From a virus (lineage: Duplodnaviria; Caudoviricetes), in IMG/VR virus record IMGVR_UViG_3300025132_007241, positions 1-61,389 of that record: a stretch of DNA of 61,389 nucleotides. One strand, 5' to 3'. The first letter of the stretch is position 1. Each line of letters begins with the position of its first letter. The position numbers were made by a program, and so were the translations under genes. The notes beneath the pieces were generated by a model, which searched no databases, was not told where the DNA came from, and saw nothing but the letters and a program-made list of their open reading frames with translations. Positions 17,873 through 26,374 of this stretch are shown piece after piece.

Positions 17873-18846
17873 ACATTGAAGATTTTGAAAGAAAATATAA
17901 CGCTATCGTGAATAGCGAGCAGTTTGCCCAACTGCAAGAAACATATAACAAAGCCAAGTACGTGTTTTTCTTTGGACATGGTGGTAATATGGGCGTGGCA
18001 GAACACGCCGCTATTGATCACTCTCGCCTCACAGACAAGAATGTATTCGCCCCAGGAGGCGGAGTCATTGTGACATCAATCCAGGGTGACACCAGCTTTA
18101 ATGACTGGATCATGAACTGGCTAGATATTCGTACTCGCGGATTAGAAAAGAGCGAGTGCTTGGCTATTGGAATTTCGTGCTCCACCAACGGTATCTCCTC
18201 GGATTGCCTCTCTACTGCGCTGAACTGGGCTGCAGAAAACGGCATGCAAGCGTGTCTCTGGGCTGCGCAGCCGAAAGAAAAGGGCATCCACCCGCAAGTC
18301 AATCAGATTATCCAGCACACCAAATACTACCATACTTCGGAGATTATTTCTCTAACGATGACATATGAGTTGATTCATGGTGCCGGATTTATGTGCCCTG
18401 CAATCTCGACCAAAGCCCAGCAGCGTCGGTTTGAAAAGCTAGGGATTGAATCTGAGGTCGAAACCCACAATCAGCACGTTCCACCCGGCATGGAGACCCA
18501 ACTCAACAATTTGGCCATTGACTTCGATGGAGTTATTCATAACTTTGATAAGGGCTGGCACGATGGCACCTGCTATGGTGATCCCCTGCCCGGAGCACTG
18601 GATGCCATCCGCACACTGGCTGAGGACTGGAACATTATCGTCTTCTCTGCAAAGGTTCGCCCTGATCGACCACTAGTTGGCGGGAAAACAGGATACGAGC
18701 TGGTGGATGAATGGCTACAGGACCACGGAGTTCGTGACTTAGTCGCTGAAATTACTCATGAAAAGCCACGCGCTCAACATTATATTGACGATAAGGCTAT
18801 TGAGTTTACCAATAACTGGACTGAGATTCTGGAGCGCCTACAGTGA
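17866..18846 (+). CDS. SIS (GmhA-like sugar-phosphate isomerase) plus HAD phosphatase fusion
   Basis: N-terminal FFGHGGNMGVAEHAAIDHSR and IGISCS (GmhA-like); C-terminal IDFDGVI, SA, EKP, YIDDK (HAD). Confidence 0.75.
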   Translation: MLDIEDFERKYNAIVNSEQFAQLQETYNKAKYVFFFGHGGNMGVAEHAAIDHSRLTDKNVFAPGGGVIVTSIQGDTSFNDWIMNWLDIRTRGLEKSECLAIGISCSTNGISSDCLSTALNWAAENGMQACLWAAQPKEKGIHPQVNQIIQHTKYYHTSEIISLTMTYELIHGAGFMCPAISTKAQQRRFEKLGIESEVETHNQHVPPGMETQLNNLAIDFDGVIHNFDKGWHDGTCYGDPLPGALDAIRTLAEDWNIIVFSAKVRPDRPLVGGKTGYELVDEWLQDHGVRDLVAEITHEKPRAQHYIDDKAIEFTNNWTEILERLQ

Positions 18847-19508
18847 AAAGCATTACAGCTGTTGTACCTGTACGCAAGGGATCGGTAAGAGTAAAGAATA
18901 AGAATCTTAAACCTTTTGCTGGCAAAACACTTCTACAGATTAAGGTTGAGCAGTTAAAGCAAGTAAGCCTTATTGATAACATTGTCGTAAGTTCTGATTG
19001 TGATGACATGCTAGCCCTAGCAGCGGAGCTAGGAGTTAATACCCACCGTCGCGTTGATTACTTTGCTTCATCAGAGGCAACAAACTCAGAGTTCTTTGAA
19101 AATCTGGGGCAAGCCATTGAGGGTGACTATCTCATGTATAGTCCCGTGACTTGCCCTTTGATCTCATTGGAAACATATCATGATTGCATCTCAACCTTCC
19201 AACAGGATGAGGAGATGGAAAATCTAGTAACAGTTACCGCTGTGAAGCATCACCTGTGGTTGGACAACGAACCGTTAAACTATGATGTCACTAATTCCCC
19301 CAACAGTCAGGACCTTCCTGATATCTATGCCATCACTTATGGTGTTTGTATTATTTCCCGCGACGATATGATCGCTCGCCGCAATATCGTGACCCCAAAC
19401 CCTACCTTTAAAGTACTCGATGAAATTGAGTCTGTTGACATCGACACCGAGTTTGATTTTATGGTGGCGGAGATGATCTACAAGAAAATAAATAACTTGA
19501 CATTCTGA
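18843..19508 (+). CDS. Acylneuraminate (nonulosonate) cytidylyltransferase, NeuA/PseF-like
   Basis: VPVRKGSVRVKNKN, VSSD, TCPL, SQDL, SVDIDTEFDF. Confidence 0.88.
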   Translation: MKSITAVVPVRKGSVRVKNKNLKPFAGKTLLQIKVEQLKQVSLIDNIVVSSDCDDMLALAAELGVNTHRRVDYFASSEATNSEFFENLGQAIEGDYLMYSPVTCPLISLETYHDCISTFQQDEEMENLVTVTAVKHHLWLDNEPLNYDVTNSPNSQDLPDIYAITYGVCIISRDDMIARRNIVTPNPTFKVLDEIESVDIDTEFDFMVAEMIYKKINNLTF

Positions 19509-19525
19509 GGGTGAGGTGCTATATT
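19497..19525 (+). promoter_or_regulatory. Near-consensus sigma70 promoter with extended -10
   Basis: TTGACA (19497-19502), 17 bp spacer, TGc-TATATT (19520-19525), followed by GAGG SD and ATG 19544; the largest intergenic gap within the glycan locus. Confidence 0.8.
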
Positions 19526-19543
19526 CTTTAGAGGAAAAAGACT

Positions 19544-20182
19544 ATGAAACACAATCCATACCAAGTTATTACTAATTTTGAGGAGATCGTAGCAGAATAC
19601 TGCGGCTCTAAATATGCTGTTGCTGTTGATAACGCAACCAACGGTTTGTTCCTGTGCTTAAAGTACTTAGGAATTGAAGACCAAGACATTACCATCCCGG
19701 CTGTCACATTTATGTCGGTACCCTGCACCATCATTCAGACAGGAAACCGCGTCAGCTTTGATAAGAATCACCCGGCGATTATTGATGGTAAGAGACTCCG
19801 CGGACAGTATCAGCTGGCACCCTTCCCAGTTTGGGACAGTGCTCTCACATTTCATCGCGACATGTATATTCCAGGGCAGTTTATGAACCTTTCGTTTAGT
19901 GGTCCTCACAAGTTTTTAAAGTTGGGCAAAGGGGGAATGATTCTTACTGATGACAAAGAAGCGCACACATGGCTCAAGCGAGCTGCCTACTTTGGTCGCC
20001 GTCCTATGGACCATAAAGAAGAGAAATTTGATATGCTTGGGTGGAACTACTACATGCTCCCAGAGATAGCGGCACGAGGTGCTGTATTAATGTTGGGAAT
20101 AAAAGATGATAATAAAGATCTTGAAATTGAATACCAAGACCTATCTAAATATAAAGTATACACGGAGGCAAACCGCAAATGA
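19544..20182 (+). CDS. Compact DegT-family aminotransferase (212 aa)
   Basis: YAVAVDNATNGL, IPAVTFMSV, WDSA, LSFSGPHKFLKLGKGGMILTD, GWNYYM. Confidence 0.8.
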   Translation: MKHNPYQVITNFEEIVAEYCGSKYAVAVDNATNGLFLCLKYLGIEDQDITIPAVTFMSVPCTIIQTGNRVSFDKNHPAIIDGKRLRGQYQLAPFPVWDSALTFHRDMYIPGQFMNLSFSGPHKFLKLGKGGMILTDDKEAHTWLKRAAYFGRRPMDHKEEKFDMLGWNYYMLPEIAARGAVLMLGIKDDNKDLEIEYQDLSKYKVYTEANRK

Positions 20183-21558
20183 AGGTCGTTCTAATTCAAC
20201 CATATTACGAAAACATCTGGGAACCCATTGGTTTGGGTTTCATCTCAGCTTATCTTAAGAAGCACTACGAAGGAGAGCTGGATCTTTGTTGCTATCAGGG
20301 CAACTTTGACACTGATGAGGAGATCATCGAGGGGTGCACTGGCGCCGATGTGGTCGGGTTCTCTTGTACCTCCCCGGCTTGGCCTCATGCATTGCGGTTG
20401 GCTGAAGAGATTAAGAAAGTTAGCCCGGACACTCGCACAGTGGTCGGGGGATTCCACCCGTCTGCGCTTCCAGAGGAAAGTGTAGCCCACGATTGTATTG
20501 ATCAAGTAGTAGTCGGCGAGGGCGAAGAGGTTTTCCTTGATATTGTCAATGGCAACACAGATCCCATCGTTCAGGGGACAAAGCCTGCAATGCAGGATCT
20601 TCCTTGGCCAGATCGCTCAATTATTAAGAACTATCGCACCGTCGACCTTTGTGAGTCGATGAACGGTACTCGAACTGCCTCATTCCAGTGCAACCGGGTT
20701 TGCCCTGTGGCGTGCACCTTTTGCGCAGAACGCATTATTACTGGTAAGCATAATCGCCGCGATAATCCAATTCGTTCTCGGGACGTTAGTGAGTTGTGCG
20801 ACGAGATTGAGCATGTTATTGAAGAGCTGGATCTCACATATTTTAAGTTTGTAGATGCTACTTTTGATATCTCAGCAGACTTTGTTATTAGATTTTGCAA
20901 GGAGAAGATTAAGCGTGGTATTACCACAGAGTGGGAATGCCTGGTGCATGCTAGTTTTGCAACTGAAGAAATGTTTGAATGGCTCAAGAAAGCTCAGTGT
21001 AACCGAGTTGCCATTGGCTGCGAAAGCGGCTCCGACCGCATTTTGAAGCGCGTCGGTAAGGGACTAAAAGTTGATACAATCCGTAAAGTCTTTGCATGGG
21101 GACGAAAGCATGATGTCGAGCGCCGAGGTTTCTTCCTGCTGGGAATGCCTGAGGAAACCCGCGAGGACTGGTTGCTCACAGAACAGTTGATTGATGAAAT
21201 CGAACCCGATGTGGTTGGCTTCACAATTCTCTGCCCATATCCAGGTACCCATTACTATGATCCGCAGCTGCATAAAAATGTAGACTGGGAGAAGGCTGAC
21301 GAGTATTCTAATGATTTCTGGGCTACACCGCACTTTACTAACATTGAACTCAAAGCCAAGCAGGCATACTTTAAGACTAAGTATGACCTCTTACTCAATG
21401 AACGTCAGTTCGGCGAAGGATCCACATCGGCTGGTGCAACAGATATGCGTGAGCTAGAAAAAGAGTCGTTCTCGACACCAATTGGCACCAACGTCAATAA
21501 CGCACCAGACATTGCTGGTGTTGTCCAGCTTGATACTAGTAAAAGAACGGAAGCCTAA
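20179..21558 (+). CDS. Cobalamin-binding radical SAM enzyme (class B methyltransferase-like)
   Basis: EPIGLGFIS, VVGFS, VVGGFHPS, GEGE, CPVACTFC (CxxxCxxC), GCESGS, GMPEET, PYPGT. Confidence 0.9.
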   Translation: MKVVLIQPYYENIWEPIGLGFISAYLKKHYEGELDLCCYQGNFDTDEEIIEGCTGADVVGFSCTSPAWPHALRLAEEIKKVSPDTRTVVGGFHPSALPEESVAHDCIDQVVVGEGEEVFLDIVNGNTDPIVQGTKPAMQDLPWPDRSIIKNYRTVDLCESMNGTRTASFQCNRVCPVACTFCAERIITGKHNRRDNPIRSRDVSELCDEIEHVIEELDLTYFKFVDATFDISADFVIRFCKEKIKRGITTEWECLVHASFATEEMFEWLKKAQCNRVAIGCESGSDRILKRVGKGLKVDTIRKVFAWGRKHDVERRGFFLLGMPEETREDWLLTEQLIDEIEPDVVGFTILCPYPGTHYYDPQLHKNVDWEKADEYSNDFWATPHFTNIELKAKQAYFKTKYDLLLNERQFGEGSTSAGATDMRELEKESFSTPIGTNVNNAPDIAGVVQLDTSKRTEA

Positions 21559-21875
21559 TGACCCATGTGGTGGGGGATGCTTGCGTAAAATGTAGATATA
21601 CTGACTGCGCAGAGGTATGCCCGGTCACTTGTTTTCATGGCGCCCCGAATATGTTGGTTATCGACCCCGAAGTTTGCATAGACTGTGGGCTTTGCCTCCC
21701 GGAGTGTCCTGTGGACGCCATCTATCTGGATGATGACGTACCAGAAGATCAAATAGAATACATTCAGATCAATGCTAAGTTATCGCAGCAGTACGACATT
21801 ATAGAATACGCAGAAGATCCGCATCCTGAGGCGGACAAATACAAGGACGTTAAAAACAAGAAAGACTTAATTTAG
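21558..21875 (+). CDS. fdxA: 7Fe ferredoxin ([3Fe-4S][4Fe-4S], Azotobacter FdI type)
   Basis: CVKCRYTDCAEVCPVTCFH..LVIDPEVCIDCGLCLPECPVDAI. Confidence 0.92.
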   Translation: MTHVVGDACVKCRYTDCAEVCPVTCFHGAPNMLVIDPEVCIDCGLCLPECPVDAIYLDDDVPEDQIEYIQINAKLSQQYDIIEYAEDPHPEADKYKDVKNKKDLI

Positions 21876-22829
21876 ATGAATATTTTAGTAACAGGCGGAT
21901 GTGGGTTTATTGGCTCCAATCTCATTAAATTTATATTAGAAAGCAATTTTCCCGAAGTGGACCGGGTAGTGAATCTTGATGCAGTGACGTATGCTGGCGA
22001 TATCAGCAATACTGCTGCCTTCGCCGATCATGAAAACTATTTCTTTGAGAAGGTAGATATCCGTGACACTGCGCGCCTATGGAGTGTGTTTAGTAGACAT
22101 GATATTACTCATGTAATTCACCTCGCAGCTGAGTCTCACGTCGATAATGCGATTGCGTCTCCGGGCGCGTTCATGACAAGCAACATCATTGGTACTCACA
22201 ATCTACTCAAAATCTCCCGTGAGCTGGAAATTAAGAGGTTTCACCATGTCTCTACCGATGAGGTTTATGGCGAGCTGGGGGAAACTGGAACGTTTGATGA
22301 GGAGACACCGTATGATCCTCGTAACCCCTACTCAGCGTCCAAAGCAGCATCAGACTTTATTGTACGCTCTTACTTCCACACATATGACTTCCCAGTGACT
22401 CTATCTAATTGTTCGAATAACTATGGGCCGCACCAACACGACGAAAAATTAATCCCCACAGTGATTCGTTCAATATCCCGCGGCAACAAGATCCCCGTTT
22501 ATGGCAAAGGTCTGAATGTTCGCGATTGGATTTATGTAGGAGATCACTGCGAGGGGATCTGGAAAGTCTTTACCGAAGGGGCATTGGGTGAAACCTATTG
22601 TATTGGGGCTAACTGTGAGCGTCGTAACATCGACTTAATTCATATATTGTGTAAGGAGATGGGGGTATCCCCTGAGGAGTCGATCGAGTATGTTAAGGAC
22701 CGTGCAGGACATGACTTTAGATATGCCATTGACAACAAAAAAATTGTAGAGAAGTTAGGCTGGAAGCCTAAGACTTCTTTTGAGGAAGGGCTGAAGCAAA
22801 CAGTAGCATGGTACAATGAGAAATATTAA
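21876..22829 (+). CDS. rmlB: dTDP-glucose 4,6-dehydratase
   Basis: TGGCGFIG, TYAG, HLAAESHVD, STDEVYG, YSASKA, CSNNYGP, EKLIP, RDWIYV, DRAGHDFRY. Confidence 0.95.
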   Translation: MNILVTGGCGFIGSNLIKFILESNFPEVDRVVNLDAVTYAGDISNTAAFADHENYFFEKVDIRDTARLWSVFSRHDITHVIHLAAESHVDNAIASPGAFMTSNIIGTHNLLKISRELEIKRFHHVSTDEVYGELGETGTFDEETPYDPRNPYSASKAASDFIVRSYFHTYDFPVTLSNCSNNYGPHQHDEKLIPTVIRSISRGNKIPVYGKGLNVRDWIYVGDHCEGIWKVFTEGALGETYCIGANCERRNIDLIHILCKEMGVSPEESIEYVKDRAGHDFRYAIDNKKIVEKLGWKPKTSFEEGLKQTVAWYNEKY

Positions 22830-23538
22830 AGGTATTATTTTAGCTGGTGGCAAGGGAACACGTTTATATCCCTTAACCAAGGTTACAAACAAGCATCTGC
22901 TTCCTATCGCTGGAGAGCCGATGATTTATTATCCACTGCGCAAGTTAATTGAGGCAGGGATCGATGACATTATGATCGTGACGGGGGTGGAGCATAGTAC
23001 GGGTGTGACCGCTCTACTGGGTTCTGGACATGAACACGAGTGTTCACTCACCTACCGAGTCCAAGACCAGCCAGACGGCATCGCAGGGGCTCTCAGACTG
23101 TGTAGGAACTTTGTGGGAGATGATGCATGCGTAGTCCTTCTGGGCGACAACATCTTTAAAGATAATCTAAAAGAGCACGTTACAGATTTTATTCATGGTG
23201 AAGAGGATTGCAAACTGTTCTTCAAAAGAGTGACGGATCCCCGCCGTTATGGTGTTGGGACCTTCAAAAAGGACCGTCTCGTGGGACTAGAAGAAAAGCC
23301 CGAGGTGCCTAAGTCAAATTTGGCATGCGTAGGAATTTATTTCTACAGCAGCAATGTCTTCGACGCAATTGATAAAGTTGAGATGTCGGACCGAGGCGAG
23401 TTTGAAATTACCAGTGTTAATAATCTTTTTATCGAAAACAAATCCTGCGGACATGCTATTCTAGAAGATGTCTGGTCTGATGCTGGTACCATGGACTCAT
23501 ACCACAATACTAACTGGCTGATGTATCAAGAGAAATAA
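22816..23538 (+). CDS. rmlA: Glucose-1-phosphate thymidylyltransferase (short form)
   Basis: GIILAGGKGTRLYPLT, NKHLLP, QDQPDGIA, LGDN, EEKP, RGEFEIT, WSDAGT. Confidence 0.93.
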   Translation: MRNIKGIILAGGKGTRLYPLTKVTNKHLLPIAGEPMIYYPLRKLIEAGIDDIMIVTGVEHSTGVTALLGSGHEHECSLTYRVQDQPDGIAGALRLCRNFVGDDACVVLLGDNIFKDNLKEHVTDFIHGEEDCKLFFKRVTDPRRYGVGTFKKDRLVGLEEKPEVPKSNLACVGIYFYSSNVFDAIDKVEMSDRGEFEITSVNNLFIENKSCGHAILEDVWSDAGTMDSYHNTNWLMYQEK

Positions 23539-23539
23539 A

Positions 23540-24247
23540 ATGAAACTGCTGTTAACTACACGCGCTGATGGAAATAGTATTGAATGGGCCAAGCTGGTTC
23601 ATCCGATGTTTCAACAATACGCGCACAGAATAGGTGCAGACTTTCTAGTCCTAGATGAAGCAACAGACGCCCATGATGCCACAGGAGGCATTGGTAACGG
23701 AGTGTACCAGTATCGCATTATGAAGCATTACGATCTTCACGAGCATTACGATAGAATTATAGCGCTGGACACAGATATGATTCTGACTCCGTCACTTCCC
23801 AGTTTATTTGACGTAGTGCCCTACGATTGTGTTGGGTCGATCTATGAGGACGTAGGTTCCCGCGCTCCCCAGCGAGTTGGTTGTATGCGCAATGCACAAC
23901 GACAATTCGGGGACATTGGGTGGACCTCCGGGTACATTAACACAGGAGTTTTTGTTACATCAAAATGCCACAGGGATATTTATAGAAAAATAAACGATCA
24001 GTACTTTGTGGCATGGGGCACTGATGATATCCATATTGGATATTTGATCAACAAGTATGGATATAAAGTACATGAGCTGTCATATCATTTTAATCATATG
24101 ACAATGTTTTCTGAGCCGTGGAATGGTTCACCGGACCGGTTTGATTCGCACATTATACATTATGCAGGCGGGGGAGTATTCGAACCTGGAGTCGCAAGCA
24201 ATAAGCTGCACCAAGCTCAACTAGATTATGAGAGGTTATACGGATGA
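23540..24247 (+). CDS. Glycosyltransferase, GT-A (GT8/GT34-like)
   Basis: LDTD (DxD), YINTGVF, FNHM, IIHYAG. Confidence 0.8.
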   Translation: MKLLLTTRADGNSIEWAKLVHPMFQQYAHRIGADFLVLDEATDAHDATGGIGNGVYQYRIMKHYDLHEHYDRIIALDTDMILTPSLPSLFDVVPYDCVGSIYEDVGSRAPQRVGCMRNAQRQFGDIGWTSGYINTGVFVTSKCHRDIYRKINDQYFVAWGTDDIHIGYLINKYGYKVHELSYHFNHMTMFSEPWNGSPDRFDSHIIHYAGGGVFEPGVASNKLHQAQLDYERLYG

Positions 24248-25056
24248 GTAAATTAATAGTAGGACCCTGGGTGGGGGAGTTCGGATGGGAACTCTATGCA
24301 TGGCAAGGATATATTCGTGCTCTATCAAGAAACTTTGAACATACCACAGTGATCTCTCGCCCGGGCTCAGAGGCTCTGTATAGTGATTTCTGCGATATGT
24401 TTGTCCCATGGAATCCCACAGGGGGCTTGACGGATTCTTTCTTTATGCATGATGTTGACGTCAAAAAAGAGTGGATGCACGCAGTTAAATCTGCTAAGAT
24501 CCCCCTGTCTAAGGAGACCACCGTTTTCACCCCCCGTCGTCTAGGATTCCCACCCCACACTCACTACGAGCAATTTTTGATGATCGGCAATTATATGATT
24601 GCCCCAGAGTATATTACATATGGCAAGAAAGCAGAACGCACCTATGACTACATTTTTCATGCGCGCAGTCGTCCGCTTCGCCCTCAAGATAATTGGTCAA
24701 TCGAAAACTGGAACGAACTAAAAAATTTATTGGGAGATAAGCGGATCGCATGCATTGGCACGACAGCCGAGTCAGCCTTAATCGAGGGGGCTGATGACCT
24801 GCGTGATTTGCCATTAGGCGAGCTTTTTGACTTATTACATAACGCCGAATGTGCTTTCGGACCGTCTTCTGGACCAATGCATCTAGCTAGCCTCTGTGGT
24901 CTGCCGCATATAGTTTGGTCAATTCCGGATAACAAGATTCGATACGAGACGAACTGGAATCCCCTCCAGACACCAGTACTCTTTGATAGCACTGCAGACT
25001 GGCATCCAACTGCAGCTTACATACATGATGTCTTTACAAAGTGGAATCATGAATAA
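24244..25056 (+). CDS. GT9 (heptosyltransferase)-like glycosyltransferase
   Basis: GEFGWEL, NWSIENW, DLR, FGPSSGPMHLASLCGLP (GT9 C-terminal signature). Confidence 0.75.
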   Translation: MSKLIVGPWVGEFGWELYAWQGYIRALSRNFEHTTVISRPGSEALYSDFCDMFVPWNPTGGLTDSFFMHDVDVKKEWMHAVKSAKIPLSKETTVFTPRRLGFPPHTHYEQFLMIGNYMIAPEYITYGKKAERTYDYIFHARSRPLRPQDNWSIENWNELKNLLGDKRIACIGTTAESALIEGADDLRDLPLGELFDLLHNAECAFGPSSGPMHLASLCGLPHIVWSIPDNKIRYETNWNPLQTPVLFDSTADWHPTAAYIHDVFTKWNHE

Positions 25057-25912
25057 GATTCTGGTCACGGGTGGCGCAGGCTTTGTAGGCTCCTGTCTAA
25101 TTCGTGAACTGATCAAAGATCCAACTAACCTCATTACGTCCCTAGACAATTACTTTACCGGCACAGAGGATAATCACGTTGACGGTGTGTGTTATGTGCG
25201 GGGCGACTGTCGTAATATTGACGAACTCATTACTTTCACTCCAGATGTCATATATCATTTTGGAGAATACTCCCGGGTCGCCACCAGCTTTGAGGACTAT
25301 GATACAGTATGGGAATCAATCATTGCTGGCACACATGCAGTTCTGAATTTTTGTCGGTCTAGAGGCTCCAGGCTAGTTTATTCAGGGTCAAGCACTAAGT
25401 TTGGCGACGGGGGTAAGAACAAGAATGCGTCTCCGTACGCCTTTCATAAATCACAGAACACTGACACTATTGTCAATTACGCCGAGTGGTTTGGCATTGA
25501 TTATGCAATATGTTATTTTTACAATGTTTATGGTCCTGGTCAAATCTGTACAGGAAAGTATGCAACGGTAATTGGTATTTTTGAAACACAAGTAAATAAT
25601 AACCAACCCGTGAGTGTGGTATTACCTGGTACACAGAAGAGAAGTTTTACCCATATTAACGATATAGTGAGCGGACTGCTGCTACTTAAGGACGCTGGCA
25701 CTGGAGATGGATATTGCATTGGCAATCCGCATGAATATGAAATTAATCAAGTAGCTAAAATGTTTAGCAACAATGTAGTATACTTAGAGGAGCGACCCGG
25801 AGAGCGTCATGAGTCTGAGATCAATTTGACTAAAATGAAAGCTCTTGGGTGGGAACCTAAATATAATCTAAAAGACTATATTCATTCAAGGAGAAAAAAT
25901 GATGAAACTTAG
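25049..25912 (+). CDS. NAD-dependent epimerase/dehydratase
   Basis: TGGAGFVG, DNYFTG, GEYSRV, GSSTKF, YAFHK, FYNVYG, RSFTH. Confidence 0.88.
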   Translation: MNKILVTGGAGFVGSCLIRELIKDPTNLITSLDNYFTGTEDNHVDGVCYVRGDCRNIDELITFTPDVIYHFGEYSRVATSFEDYDTVWESIIAGTHAVLNFCRSRGSRLVYSGSSTKFGDGGKNKNASPYAFHKSQNTDTIVNYAEWFGIDYAICYFYNVYGPGQICTGKYATVIGIFETQVNNNQPVSVVLPGTQKRSFTHINDIVSGLLLLKDAGTGDGYCIGNPHEYEINQVAKMFSNNVVYLEERPGERHESEINLTKMKALGWEPKYNLKDYIHSRRKNDET

Positions 25913-26120
25913 CAATCAAGCAATTGGTGCCCTTATGATGGCACTGCAGAAGTCTCTTATGGAGCAGAGCGATATTGTCCCAACACTGCAGGAGATGGAG
26001 TTTGTTGCCAACGCTACGGGCGAACTGGGAGTAACTAATCCCCCTGTGGTTTCCCTAGATGGTGTAGAGGTTAACGAGACGCCAACAACAGAGAGCAGTG
26101 TTCTCATCCCAGAGGAATAA
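25899..26120 (+). CDS. Hypothetical protein
   Basis: AGGAG SD, contiguous with neighbours. Confidence 0.75.
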   Translation: MMKLSNQAIGALMMALQKSLMEQSDIVPTLQEMEFVANATGELGVTNPPVVSLDGVEVNETPTTESSVLIPEE

Positions 26121-26122
26121 GA

Positions 26123-26374
26123 ATGCCTCGCTACCGTTATCGTTGCGAGAAGTGCAGCAAGGAATACACAATCCAGCACCTTGTTGCCGAAACGATAACA
26201 GATTGTGAGGAGTGTGGTGCCACCAATACAATGAAGAAATTGCTGAGTCGCTTCACTACCTCGCCCAAAACAACCGCCTCACCCAAAAAGGTAGGACAAG
26301 TCACCGAAGAGTTTATCTCTGACGCTCGCGAAGACTTAAAAAAGCAAAAAAGAGAGCTTAAGGAGAATACCTAA
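26123..26374 (+). CDS. FmdB-type zinc ribbon protein
   Basis: MPRYRYRCEKC..CEECG..MKKLLS; GAGG SD. Confidence 0.85.
   Translation: MPRYRYRCEKCSKEYTIQHLVAETITDCEECGATNTMKKLLSRFTTSPKTTASPKKVGQVTEEFISDAREDLKKQKRELKENT

Noticed and set aside
5119-25912. Ordinary bacterial LPS/capsule locus flanking a prophage
   Set aside because: Continuous and translationally coupled with phage genes on both sides; no export, polymerase or lipid-carrier genes; no att site or integrase
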